Below are positions 39,484 to 49,727 of a DNA stretch of 64,000 nt, piece by piece. The DNA lies in NCBI GenBank assembly GCA_963667845.2, contig CAXXVL010000002.1, forward strand, positions 64,001-128,000. Direction: 5' to 3'. The DNA comes from Smithellaceae bacterium. GTDB lineage: Bacteria > Desulfobacterota > Syntrophia > Syntrophales > Smithellaceae. The notes under the pieces are model-generated. The model worked only from the letters and a program-made list of their open reading frames with translations, ran no database searches and was not told the DNA's origin. The position numbers and the translations under genes were made by a program. Every line of letters begins with the position of its first letter. The first letter of the stretch is position 1.

Positions 39484-40179
39484 ATGATGGCCAAAAGTTA
39501 CTATGCAATTCTCGGCATCTCGTCTGATGCGAAAACCGACGAAATCAAGGCGGCCTACCGACGCCTGACCAAGGAATTTCATCCTGATAACTATTTTGGC
39601 CGAGGCGACATCTTTGGGCAGATTCAGGAGGCCTACGCCGTATTAAGCAACAGCGAAGCGCGGCGGCGCTATGATCAAAATCTGATATATGCAAGGACAA
39701 AAGTCCCCTTCCGGAACAAGTTTTCTCCGGAGCCGGCGGCCAATCTCTCTGAGACACCGTCAAACGATTTTGATGATATCTCGCTGGTCCGGTCGTTTCA
39801 GACTTTTACGCCATCATTCGACGAGATTTTCGATTGGCTGTGGAATAATTTTTCTACGCTTCGATATCCTAAGTCCGGCTATATGCAAAATCTGACGATA
39901 GAGGTGCCTCTTTCTTATGAACAAGCGCTGTCCGGCGGAAATGTCAAGGTCCTGGTTCCCGTGAGAGCCGTGTGTCAGGCTTGCCGGGGATACGGGCATG
40001 TGGGGCCTTATGAGTGCACGCACTGTGCCGGGGAAGGCGCTCTTGTCGGGGAGGTCCCTGTCTTAGTATCCTTTCAGCCCGGGCTCAAGGAAAATCGGGC
40101 TGTCATGATTCCCCTGGATCGATACGGCATCAGGAATCTTCACTTGACCGTACTTTTCTGTCTGACCGACCTTTGCTGA
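39484..40179 (+). CDS. DnaJ-domain protein with a reduced zinc finger
   Basis: YYAILG..IKAAYRRL..HPD, then CQACRGYG and CTHCAGEG. Confidence 0.85.
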   Translation: MMAKSYYAILGISSDAKTDEIKAAYRRLTKEFHPDNYFGRGDIFGQIQEAYAVLSNSEARRRYDQNLIYARTKVPFRNKFSPEPAANLSETPSNDFDDISLVRSFQTFTPSFDEIFDWLWNNFSTLRYPKSGYMQNLTIEVPLSYEQALSGGNVKVLVPVRAVCQACRGYGHVGPYECTHCAGEGALVGEVPVLVSFQPGLKENRAVMIPLDRYGIRNLHLTVLFCLTDLC

Positions 40180-40335
40180 CGACCCGGAAGGACAGGTCGT
40201 GATGCTGAAGAATGGCCGGGAAGCCACGACCCGCATGGGCTCGCCGATAGCGCGGAGCCCTGATGATCTATTGCCGGGATGGAAACTTGGAAACCCTCAG
40301 GATATCCCTGCTCCCCGGTCTTTCGGGGTTTGACG

Positions 40336-41763
40336 TCAGCGGGGCTGCTGCACCGAGCCATCATAGAAGACCTTGCAATGGCCCGCTTGAACAAAACGTT
40401 TTGCCTTCCTGTAAAGATCAAGGACCGGGCCGGCAAGGGATTCGACCGCGTTCGCCGTGCCGATTTGCGGATGGCCGAAGGGGCCGCTGATGGTTTGCGT
40501 TAAGATGGCACAGCCCTTGTGATCGAGGAGCGCTACCGTTACGTTGCCGTACTTCTGGCTCACCAGATTGAGTTTTCCCTTCAAAGCAATTCGGTTATGA
40601 AGCGTCGCAAGTGCGCAGTCTACTGCGTCGGCCTCACCGTTTCTTATATTCCAGTGGGAGACAAACTGCACAATGGTACCCCGTCCCCCCTGGCTCTGGT
40701 AGTAAAGATTCCCATAACGGTACCCATGGAGAGCAACGCTGCCGAGAGGACCGACGATAAAAAAAGCGCCGATGTCGACTAGATTGAACTGCTGGCTTGA
40801 TTCATAGGCGGATAGGACCTTGTCGAGGTCCACAGTATGTGTGACAAGATTATCCCCCCTCAGAGAAAAAGTCCCGTCCAGGTTATGCATCAGAGTGCGG
40901 CCTTTTTCTTTTATGGTCAATAAAGCTGCCAGATCACCCTGACCGCTGATCATCTTCTTTATGCCGAAGGATTCCTGAAGTTTTTCGAAATCCAGCTTCG
41001 ATACCTTAAAATTGATTTTATATTCGGGGTCGGATCCCGTCTCGTCTGCCGTGAGCTCGCCTTCACCCTTCCCGCCGAAGATGTCCATCGTCAGAGGCTT
41101 GAAGGTGAATACTCCCCTGACGGCTTTCACGGGTGCCCTGAGGTTCTCGATCCGGAGATCCTTTTGGGTAAATTCCTTGCAGGCAAAGCTCCCCGTGAAG
41201 GAAATGTTCTTGATGATGCTTCCTGCGGCATCCGCCACGGAGAGATTACTGACTGCCAGATCAATTTCTTTCAATTCCGTCTTCTTGCCTGTCTTCTTGT
41301 CGAGGTACACAAGCGACCCCCTGGACAGCTTCAGATCGCTCAAACCGAAGGCCTTTTCCGGCCGTTCTTGCGGTGATTGAACTTCAATATTTTCGAAGTT
41401 GAATTTCCCGTCGGCGTCCTTCACAATCGTGACGGCGGGTGAGACCAGTTCACAGGCACTGACGTTAAGCTGCTTCTTCAGCAGGGCCATGAACTCCATA
41501 CGCAGCTTGAGGCTTTGCATGCTCAGGATCTCGCTTCCCCGGTTGGCGACAAGGATGTCTTTTGCCGAAATGCCCAGCGGAAAGAAAGCCAGTCCGATCT
41601 TTCCCTTAATCCGGACATCGAGGCCGGTCGCCCCGGAGACCGCGGTTTCAATCTTCGATTTATAGGAATTGATATCGAACAGGAGGACTGCCGCAATCAC
41701 AGCCGCAATCATCAGGAGGACACCACCGCCCGCAATGATCAGACCTCTTTTTCTTCCACTCAT
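40336..41763 (-). CDS. AsmA family protein
   Basis: N-terminal TM followed by FDINSYKSKIE..VSGATG, a beta-rich body, and C-terminal ISGPFGHP. Confidence 0.85.
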   Translation of the reverse strand: MSGRKRGLIIAGGGVLLMIAAVIAAVLLFDINSYKSKIETAVSGATGLDVRIKGKIGLAFFPLGISAKDILVANRGSEILSMQSLKLRMEFMALLKKQLNVSACELVSPAVTIVKDADGKFNFENIEVQSPQERPEKAFGLSDLKLSRGSLVYLDKKTGKKTELKEIDLAVSNLSVADAAGSIIKNISFTGSFACKEFTQKDLRIENLRAPVKAVRGVFTFKPLTMDIFGGKGEGELTADETGSDPEYKINFKVSKLDFEKLQESFGIKKMISGQGDLAALLTIKEKGRTLMHNLDGTFSLRGDNLVTHTVDLDKVLSAYESSQQFNLVDIGAFFIVGPLGSVALHGYRYGNLYYQSQGGRGTIVQFVSHWNIRNGEADAVDCALATLHNRIALKGKLNLVSQKYGNVTVALLDHKGCAILTQTISGPFGHPQIGTANAVESLAGPVLDLYRKAKRFVQAGHCKVFYDGSVQQPR

Positions 41764-42147
41764 GGCTTACTCCGGACACGCATCTTAGCCCTGAACAGCA
41801 ACAATTTTAGTCAGACGGGCACCTCTGGCTATAAATATAGGCGCGGCATCGCTGAAATCAAGGTCTTATCCCGACGTTAAATCAGAGCGCCCTCTTTGTC
41901 GGCGTCACGTGCCCCCTGCCGAGGGGGTCGTCGGCTTCCAGAAACGCACAAATTATCCACCCATCGCCTCCTCCGAGCCGCTGCGACATCATCTCTGATT
42001 GAGAACTGGTATTTGAGCCTCAGTTACAGACTATCCCGAGCAGGGAGAGTGGGCGTCAGACTGCAGCAATCGGGTGTCCATGACGGGTGGTTCTTTTTTC
42101 ACCGGTCCATACCGGTGAAGATCGCAAGAAAAGGCATGATTTATTGA

Positions 42148-42164
42148 TGTATACGAAGTATACA
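42148..42164. promoter_or_regulatory. Palindromic operator / UAS (distal)
   Basis: TGTATAC-gaa-GTATACA perfect inverted repeat. Confidence 0.5.
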
Positions 42165-42414
42165 AACTACACGGCAGCGACATTGCGAATTCGCAGATGA
42201 TCTATTTTTATATCCATCTTAAATATCAGGGAAATGGGGTCCCCTACTGCTTTATTTTCCGCAAGCACTCTTCCCGAAATTCTAATTTTTTTATGAGATT
42301 TTCAATTATTTGCTTTTCCCGAAGCTTCGTACGTTATGAAATAGTAAATGATCTTAATCGCTTTTACGCCTCCGGGCGGACGACGCCTGTTTCATCAGAC
42401 CGGTGCACCAAAGG

Positions 42415-42435
42415 TTTGTATACACTCTATACAAA
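42415..42435. promoter_or_regulatory. Palindromic operator / UAS (proximal)
   Basis: TTTGTATAC-act-CTATACAAA, the same motif as 42148. Confidence 0.55.
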
Positions 42436-42653
42436 ATTGATTCTTTTCCGGATAGATGAGGACATGATCATGTAGTAAATACCCGGCAATGAAAAATATT
42501 ATAATGCCGCGTCTCCAATTCTTAGAGAGCCCGAGTTCTCTTTGTAAATACACGTACTCACGGAACTATGTCTTATTGAAAAAACCGGCGCCCTATTCGC
42601 GTTTGACAAAATTCTTATTTATGTGCAACATGCAGAAAGTTTTTTATTGATTT

Positions 42654-42670
42654 CTGGTATGCACTTTGCT
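42654..42670 (+). promoter_or_regulatory. Sigma54 (-24/-12) promoter
   Basis: CTGGTATGCACTTTGCT with GG-N10-GC spacing, close to consensus. Confidence 0.75.
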
Positions 42671-43028
42671 TTTTTTATTGATTACTTTCAGGCGGGATTA
42701 CCGCCCGTCTTAGACAAGAAGGGAAAAGCAGACGATCATAAATACCGGTCGAGGCAATTCCTGTAGACACAGCCATTTAACGTCAAAAGATTATTTCAAG
42801 AACATGCAGTTGTTATTAGCTGCCTGGCGTCTCACATCGGATATTCGCCCTGAGATCCGGGCACTCTCAACAAAGAGAAGCCGGGGCCTGTAGTAGTTGA
42901 TGTCAGTAAAGCTCCAGCAGCCGCCTGGGCGGTTGTACCGGGAATGATGGTCTCCAGAAAAATCCGTACGGACGGAACTCGTGCCTTTACGGGTGAAGAC
43001 AATAATTCTTAAGAAAAGGAGAAGAACC

Positions 43029-44633
43029 ATGAACATCGGACGCTTGGCAGACGATAATATCCAGAGATTCGGCGAATACGATTTTGTTTGTTTCAACGGC
43101 AAAACGCACACGAACATCGAGCTGAACCGTACCACCAATCGGTTGGGCAATGCCCTGAAGAAACTGGGCATCAAAAAGGGCGACCGGGTCGGCGTCCAGA
43201 CGCTCAACTGCCCCGAGCTCATTCAGACCTTTTTTGCAACCTTCAAAATCGGGGCCATCCTGGTCCCGGTCAATCCATCCCTGCGGGTCTCTGAACTCGC
43301 TTATATTTATAAAGACGCGGGATTATCCGCTTTGATCAGCCACAGCGATTATCTCGCCAATATTACGGAAGCCCGCAAAGAAGCTCCCGGGCTCAGGCAC
43401 GTGATCTTCTGCGGAGATAAAATCCCGGAGGGCGCCCTTGGCTTTACTGAAATCACCGGACGGGAATCGGATCAACTGGCCCTTACTGAGACGGATAATG
43501 ACGATACGGCCGTAATGATCTACACCGCAGGCACCACAGGAAACCCGAAGGGCGTTATGCTGACACACTACAACTGGTATTCGCATGTAACGGGATACTA
43601 TGATGTGGTTTTACTTGACTCCTGGGGCATTTCCGTCAGGGGCATTATGCATGAAAAAGACGGCGGGCAGGCTAAAAAAGAGGAAAAGGAAGGCGAAGTT
43701 TTCGGCGTCAGCCGCAACCGGGTGTCGCTGATTACACTTCCCCTGTTCCACGGTTACGGTGTTTTCGCTTTGAATCTCGAGTTTCTGACAGGAGGCAAAC
43801 TCGTCGTCATCAACCGCTGGGATCCCGAAGAGGCCATGAAATGTATTGAAAAGTACAAAGTCACCGATTTTCGCGGCGTGCCCACGATGTACATCCAGAT
43901 CCTCAACCACCCCGCAGCATCAAAATATGATTTGAGCTCACTTAAGACCTGCATCTGCGGCGCAGCGCCGATGCCGCTGGAAGTGGCCCGCAGCTGGCGG
44001 GAAAAATATAAGAATGACATCTGGGAAGGGTACGGGCTCAGCGAAGCGACGACGGTCAACTGCGGCAATATCGCGGGCAGACGGCCACCCAAATATGGCT
44101 CCATCGGCAAATGCTACCAGAAATGCAATACCATCAAGATCTTCGATGATAAGGACCGGGAGCTGCCGCAGGGTCAAACCGGAGAGATCGTCATCAAAGG
44201 TCCCGGGGTGATGAAAGGATACTGGAACAAGCCGGAAGAGACGGCGGCTGTGCTGCGCGACGGCTGGCTCCACACGGGCGACGTCGGCCGTATGGATGAA
44301 GACGGTTACCTCTATATCACCGACCGCAAAAAAGATTTAATCATCAGGGGTGGAGAAAACATTTACCCCAAAGAAATTGAAAACATTCTTTACATGCATC
44401 CCGACGTTCTGGAAGCAGGCGTGATCGGAATTCCCGACCCGGTGTACGGCGAAGCCGTGAAGGCGTTTGTCGCCCTCAAAGCAAACGGGGCGGTCACCGA
44501 AGCCGAGCTTCTGGACTTCTGCAAGGAACATCTGCCCACATTCAAACGGCCCAAAGCCATCCAGTTTCTCGACGGCCTGCCTAAGAGTGCCGTGGGCAAG
44601 ATCTTGCGCCGGGAATTGAGGAATATCAAATAA
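43029..44633 (+). CDS. Long-chain fatty acid / acyl--CoA ligase
   Basis: YTAGTTGNPKG, EGYGLSE, HTGD, DRKKDLI, LPKSAVGK. AAGGAG RBS. Confidence 0.92.
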   Translation: MNIGRLADDNIQRFGEYDFVCFNGKTHTNIELNRTTNRLGNALKKLGIKKGDRVGVQTLNCPELIQTFFATFKIGAILVPVNPSLRVSELAYIYKDAGLSALISHSDYLANITEARKEAPGLRHVIFCGDKIPEGALGFTEITGRESDQLALTETDNDDTAVMIYTAGTTGNPKGVMLTHYNWYSHVTGYYDVVLLDSWGISVRGIMHEKDGGQAKKEEKEGEVFGVSRNRVSLITLPLFHGYGVFALNLEFLTGGKLVVINRWDPEEAMKCIEKYKVTDFRGVPTMYIQILNHPAASKYDLSSLKTCICGAAPMPLEVARSWREKYKNDIWEGYGLSEATTVNCGNIAGRRPPKYGSIGKCYQKCNTIKIFDDKDRELPQGQTGEIVIKGPGVMKGYWNKPEETAAVLRDGWLHTGDVGRMDEDGYLYITDRKKDLIIRGGENIYPKEIENILYMHPDVLEAGVIGIPDPVYGEAVKAFVALKANGAVTEAELLDFCKEHLPTFKRPKAIQFLDGLPKSAVGKILRRELRNIK

Positions 44634-44838
44634 CACAGGCTGCCCCCGAAAGGGCTTTCCGCGGTTCCGCGGCGGCCGGGGGGACTGGAGCTAAAAACAT
44701 AGAATACAAAGGGTAAAAATAGATCGACAGGGAGGTGATAAACGAAATTTATAAAATGGATTGCTTTGCCGATAGGGGAGGTACCGTTTCAAAACTGTTT
44801 CATATTTGCATTGACTATAATCAAGAGGAGGATGGAAA

Positions 44839-45867
44839 ATGAAGGGTAAGTTTTATTCGGTAGCATGCGCAGTCTTAGTTTGTTTCGTCATCATGATGGG
44901 GTCCGCCGGCACCGCCCGGAGCGAGGTCCTGAAGAACATAAAATTCCTGTCCGGTCCCACCGGAACCACCTGGTATTCTCAGGCCGCGGCCTTTTCGGGG
45001 ATCGCATCCAACAAACTCGGCATGAACGTCGATGCCATGACCGGCTCCGCGATCAGCAACGTCATCCAGATCGAAAGGGGCAAAGCCGCCCTGGGTCTGA
45101 CCTTTGCTTCTTATCTGCCGGCCATGGCCACGGGAAAAGTGGTTGCCACCATCGGCAAGGATGAATATTTCAAACAGCCGCTCAAGAAAGCCAAAGTGCT
45201 CTGCTATACGACCACGGCTGCTTATGTCCTTCTGGTCGATGCCAGTTCTCCCTATAAAAAAGTTTCCGACCTGAAAGGTAAAAAGATTACTTATGTCACC
45301 TATCCCTCCGGCTTTACCGCCCGCTTTGTCCCCGAGCAGATCCTCGAAGCTCATGGAATCACCTACGACAGCATCAAAAAAGCCGGCGGCAAAGTGGACA
45401 TTGTAGGCAAGTACCAGGAAGCCTGCGACCTGCTTTCCAGAAATCAGGCGGACGTGATTTCCTACACCATGGCCACCAACGCCCAGGCGGCGGCCCTGGC
45501 GGAGCTCGAATCCCAGAAGAAGTTTCGCATTCTTTCATACGACAAGAAAGCTATAGATGAAGTTCTCTCGGAAATTCCTCTGATTCAAACGACTATCAAA
45601 AAAGGGCTCCATGCCAGCATTACCGAGGATACTCCGGTCCTGGCCGACATCACCGTCTGGATGGTCAGCGCCGATGTTCCGGATGAAACGGTAACCGTTA
45701 TTCTCGAGGGGCTGTTGAAAAACATGGAGACCATGGCCCAGGTCGGTAACGTCGAATTCAAGGGCATGACCGCTAAAGATCTTTCGCGCCTTTACGGCAA
45801 GGGCAAGCAAGTTCCCATGCACCCCGCGGCATTGAAATTCTACAAAAGCAAGGGCGCCATCAAATAG
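44839..45867 (+). CDS. TAXI-family TRAP transporter solute-binding protein
   Basis: Signal peptide, SGPTGTTWY, TGSAISNV, DLKGK, VPMHPAALKFYK. Confidence 0.9.
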   Translation: MKGKFYSVACAVLVCFVIMMGSAGTARSEVLKNIKFLSGPTGTTWYSQAAAFSGIASNKLGMNVDAMTGSAISNVIQIERGKAALGLTFASYLPAMATGKVVATIGKDEYFKQPLKKAKVLCYTTTAAYVLLVDASSPYKKVSDLKGKKITYVTYPSGFTARFVPEQILEAHGITYDSIKKAGGKVDIVGKYQEACDLLSRNQADVISYTMATNAQAAALAELESQKKFRILSYDKKAIDEVLSEIPLIQTTIKKGLHASITEDTPVLADITVWMVSADVPDETVTVILEGLLKNMETMAQVGNVEFKGMTAKDLSRLYGKGKQVPMHPAALKFYKSKGAIK

Positions 45868-45963
45868 GCAAAAAGAGTCTTCGTATTCAAGTGTGCGGGT
45901 CCGTCCCCGGCATGATCCCGGAGGCGGATTTCCACCCCATCAACCAACCGAGGAGGTTATGCA

Positions 45964-47859
45964 GTGAACAGAAATCTTACAGGCATCCCCGGGCATGTCA
46001 TGTCTGCCATTGGCGCTATCTTGTCCGTCTTTGTTTTATCCATCGTGATTTTGGGCCCCCTTCTCGGATACGCCCTGTCACTGGCCGTTTTTACTTTTTT
46101 CGCGCTTCCGATGACGTTTATGATGTATTCAGGAGGCACAAGTCCCTTCTGGAAAAAGATCAATTTTGTCGACTGGATCTGGACTGTCCTGTCCATTGTA
46201 TCGATAGGATATCTGATCGTGAATTACAACCATATCTTGACGCGTGTCGAATATGTGAGCGAAATTTCAGCCTTCGAGATGACGATGGGCATTATCGGCA
46301 TCCTCGCCGTCCTGGAGGCGACAAGGCGGGCGATGGGGACGGCGATGGCCGTGATCGCCTTTGTTTTGCTGCTTTACGTGCTGTTCGGAAATCATCTGCC
46401 GTCGGCTTTGGGCCACGCCGGATTTGATTTCGACTGGACGGTGGACACGATGTATCTGACCTCGAAGGGCATCTTCGGAAGTCCGCTGTGGGTGGTGATC
46501 ACCCTGGCCTTCCCCTTCATTCTTTACGGCGTCATCCTCGAAGAGCTCGGCATTCTCCAGACGTTTCTCGATTTCTCCAACCGTCTGCTTGGAAATACTC
46601 CCGGCGCGCCGGCCAAAACGGCGATCATCGCCGGAACGTTTGTCGGAATGGCGAGCGGCCTTCCCATGTCGAGCACTTACCTGATCGGCTATCCCACGAT
46701 TCCCGAGATGAAGAGGGTCGGTTATCCGGCCCGAACCGCCGGGGCGATTGCCGCCGTGGTGGGAACCGCCGCGCAGCTCATGCCCCCGATGCTCGGCGTG
46801 GCGGCCTTTATTGTCGCCCAGTACATGGGCGTTCCCTACATCAAGGTCTGCCAGTACACACTTCTTCCCGCGCTCATGTTCTACTTCTGCTTCTACTGCA
46901 CGGTTGATTTCTCAACGCGGAAGTGGGGGATTAAGGCGCAGGAGGCCGTGCTCAAGACCTACAGCAGGATCCTGATGGACGGTTTTTATATCTTCATCGT
47001 TACCATCGGCGTACTCACCTATTTTCTCGTGATGTTTTATCCGGTGGGTCTGGCCGCCCTGTATGCCTGCACACTGGCCCTGCTCCTCGGGCTGATTCGG
47101 AAGAGCGGCCGCGTGAACGTCAAGATGCTCTATACGATCCTGGCCAAGACGGGAAAGACCTCGGTGTTCATTTCCATCGCCTGCATGGCGGCGGGAATCA
47201 TCACCGGCCTCCTGGTAGAGACCGGCCTCAACCTCAAATTTGCCAACATGGTCATTTCCATCGGCCGGGATAATTTATTTATCGCCCTGGTCCTGTCCGC
47301 CGTGGCCATTCTGATCTTGAGCATGGGCATGCCCTCCATTCCGGCGTACATCACCGGTATTGCCATCTTCGGCCCGGCTCTGATGAAGCTGGGGATTCTG
47401 CCGGCGGCGGCCCACATCTTCTGCTTTTACTACGCCGCGCTGTATGCCATCACGCCGCCCGTTGCTTTTGCTTCCTATGCGGGTGCGCAAATCGCCGGAG
47501 AAGATCCGTTCATGACCGGGCTCGTCGCCTGCAAGCTCGGGATCATGACCTATGTGGTTCCGTTCCTCTTTGTCTATAACCCGGCGCTGCTCTTGATTCC
47601 GGAGTACTGGAATGTCTGGGAGGTCATCCGGCTGATCGTCTTCTATCTCCCCGGACTGCTGCTCTTTGCAGCCGGCCTGGCCAGTTTCTGGGCCAAGAAG
47701 ATGGGCTGGGTGGATACGGTGGTCTCCCTGGTGGGCGGGATTCTGCTGTTGTTCCCGACATTCTATGTGCAGATTTTCGGTTTGGCTGCGTTTATTTACA
47801 TTTTCATCCGGCAGGATATTTTCAATGTCTATCTGCGCCGGAAACCGGTCGCTGCGTAG
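45964..47859 (+). CDS. TRAP transporter fused permease (4TM/12TM, DctQM)
   Basis: LEATRR, GAPAK, QLMPPMLG, GMPSIPAY, ITPPVA. Confidence 0.92.
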   Translation: MNRNLTGIPGHVMSAIGAILSVFVLSIVILGPLLGYALSLAVFTFFALPMTFMMYSGGTSPFWKKINFVDWIWTVLSIVSIGYLIVNYNHILTRVEYVSEISAFEMTMGIIGILAVLEATRRAMGTAMAVIAFVLLLYVLFGNHLPSALGHAGFDFDWTVDTMYLTSKGIFGSPLWVVITLAFPFILYGVILEELGILQTFLDFSNRLLGNTPGAPAKTAIIAGTFVGMASGLPMSSTYLIGYPTIPEMKRVGYPARTAGAIAAVVGTAAQLMPPMLGVAAFIVAQYMGVPYIKVCQYTLLPALMFYFCFYCTVDFSTRKWGIKAQEAVLKTYSRILMDGFYIFIVTIGVLTYFLVMFYPVGLAALYACTLALLLGLIRKSGRVNVKMLYTILAKTGKTSVFISIACMAAGIITGLLVETGLNLKFANMVISIGRDNLFIALVLSAVAILILSMGMPSIPAYITGIAIFGPALMKLGILPAAAHIFCFYYAALYAITPPVAFASYAGAQIAGEDPFMTGLVACKLGIMTYVVPFLFVYNPALLLIPEYWNVWEVIRLIVFYLPGLLLFAAGLASFWAKKMGWVDTVVSLVGGILLLFPTFYVQIFGLAAFIYIFIRQDIFNVYLRRKPVAA

Positions 47860-47871
47860 GATGATCAAAAC

Positions 47872-47922
47872 AAAAGGCATCGTCCACTCCTTGTTCAGTC
47901 TTGGATGAGGGCGATGCCTTTT
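47872..47922 (+). terminator. Intrinsic terminator
   Basis: AAAAGGCATCGTCC ... GGGCGATGCCTTTT. Confidence 0.6.
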
Positions 47923-48051
47923 CTACGATGACAGACCATGAGCAATGATCAGCGGAAGAACGCGGAGAATTACTTCCAATCGGGTATTTTGACTGCATCC
48001 CTTTCCTCGCCCGCGAGAATCGTTTTAGCTCCAGCTCGCCGGAATGTTTGC

Positions 48052-48081
48052 TTGACAAGCTAAAACAGCCCCCTATATACT
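48052..48081 (+). promoter_or_regulatory. Putative sigma70 promoter
   Basis: TTGACA-N18-TATACT. Confidence 0.55.
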
Positions 48082-48141
48082 TCCGCGTCTCGAAAGCGGT
48101 ATCTGAGGCAATGAAATCATCGGAAGGATAAAACACGACAC

Positions 48142-49596
48142 ATGAACATGGTAAGGATGCTTCAGGAAACCACCGAGCGTTATCCGGAAAACCCGGCCGT
48201 CATTTTCGACGGCAAACAAATACTGTATAAAGATCTCGACCGCTACGTCGAGGCGCTTGCCCGCCATCTGCAGGAGCAGGGCGTCGTGAAAGGCGATAAA
48301 GTCGCCATCATGCTGGGCAACTGCCCCGAGTTTGTGATTTCTTATTTTGCCGCTTTGCGGCTTGGCGCCATCGCCGTAACGCTGAACGTCATGTCCACGT
48401 CTTATGAACTTCAGCATCTCATTTGGAACTGCGAGGCAAAGGTTATGATCACGACGGACAACCTGGCCAAACGATTCCAGGCCATTGCAGAGTCGCTGCC
48501 GCAGTGCCGGCACCTGATCACGACCTGCGGCCTTACGCCCGGATCGCCCTTCGACGGCATCATCAAAACCTGCGGGATCGCCGCGGATATCCCCGCGCTC
48601 GCAGGCAGCGATCCGGCGGTGATGATCTACACGGCCGGTCTCACGGGCAAGCCTCTGGGCGCCGTATTAACCTATGACAATCTGGCCACACAGGCGGATC
48701 TGCTGCGCACGATCTGCAACGGCACGACAAAAGATCGCTCCCTGGCCGTTATCCCGCTGTTCCATTCCTTCGGAGCTGCGGTCAATATGCTCTGCCCTCT
48801 CTGCATCGGAGGCGCCATCGTCTTAATGGACCGCTTCACGATGGAAGGCATCTTTTCGACCATCCAGAGGGAGCAGGTAACGTATATCACGGCCGTGCCG
48901 CGGCTCTTCATGGGCATGCTTTTCCACGATAAGCTGAAAGATTACGATCTCAGTTCACTGCGCGTGGGCATTACCGGCGGATCGCCGATGCCGCCCGAGC
49001 TGTTTGCCGAATTTGAAAAGCATCTGGGCATCCAGGTGCTGGAAGGTTACGGGCTCACGGAGACGTCTCCCTGCTGCATCTTCACCATGCCGGACAAAGT
49101 GCAGAAGCCCGGGGCAATCGGCACGGTGCTGCCGGGCGTTGAGGCAAAGGTCATTGACGAGGACGGCCGTGAAGTGGCCCGGGGCGTTGTCGGCGAACTG
49201 GCCGTCCGCGGCAAGGTCGTTATGCAGGGCTACTATAAAGATGAAGCGGCCACGGTCGAAGTCATTCGCGACGGCTGGCTGCATACGGGCGATCTGGCCC
49301 ACATGGATGATGAAGGTTACGTTTTTCTGGACGGGGTGAAAAAACGGATGATCATCACCAGCGGTTTCAATGTCTACCCCAAAGAGGTGGAGTTGGTTCT
49401 GGATATGCATCCCGCTGTCGCTGAGTCGCGGGTCGTCGGCGAAAAAGACCTCTTGCGCGGCGAATTGGTCAAAGCCATCATTATAAAGAAACCCGGCTGT
49501 GAAACGGACGATAAAGAAATCATTCAGCACTGCCGGAATTATCTCTCCTCCTACAAGGTTCCCCGGGAAATCGTCTTTGAGAGCGCTGAAGGATAG
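48142..49596 (+). CDS. AMP-binding (ANL) acyl-CoA ligase homologue with degenerate catalytic motifs
   Basis: ANL fold motifs present (EGYGLTE, HTGD), but YTAGLTGKPLG, DGVKKRMI and no terminal P-x4-GK. Confidence 0.85.
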   Translation: MNMVRMLQETTERYPENPAVIFDGKQILYKDLDRYVEALARHLQEQGVVKGDKVAIMLGNCPEFVISYFAALRLGAIAVTLNVMSTSYELQHLIWNCEAKVMITTDNLAKRFQAIAESLPQCRHLITTCGLTPGSPFDGIIKTCGIAADIPALAGSDPAVMIYTAGLTGKPLGAVLTYDNLATQADLLRTICNGTTKDRSLAVIPLFHSFGAAVNMLCPLCIGGAIVLMDRFTMEGIFSTIQREQVTYITAVPRLFMGMLFHDKLKDYDLSSLRVGITGGSPMPPELFAEFEKHLGIQVLEGYGLTETSPCCIFTMPDKVQKPGAIGTVLPGVEAKVIDEDGREVARGVVGELAVRGKVVMQGYYKDEAATVEVIRDGWLHTGDLAHMDDEGYVFLDGVKKRMIITSGFNVYPKEVELVLDMHPAVAESRVVGEKDLLRGELVKAIIIKKPGCETDDKEIIQHCRNYLSSYKVPREIVFESAEG

Positions 49597-49663
49597 AGGA
49601 TTGACCCGGCAAAAGCTGCAAAGAACCTTTTAATTTCAATCCTCAATTGAAGAGTTATCCCAT

Positions 49664-49702
49664 AAAAAACCCTCAGCCGTAAATGGAAAGCTGAGGGTTT
49701 TT
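49664..49702. terminator. Bidirectional intrinsic terminator
   Basis: AAAAAACCCTCAGC ... GCTGAGGGTTTTT between convergent genes. Confidence 0.7.
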
Positions 49703-49727
49703 GTCGGCTCACAGCAATCGTGTCCTG

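Noticed and set aside
40200..40265. Weak resemblance to a c-di-GMP-I riboswitch P2 (GGGAAGCCACG...GATAGC)
   Set aside because: No GG(C/T)AAA-hairpin 5' part, and it lies between convergent gene ends with nothing downstream to control.
41896..42475. Small ORFs in the 42-kb intergenic region
   Set aside because: No RBS or motifs, and they overlap regulatory palindromes and AT-rich promoter DNA.
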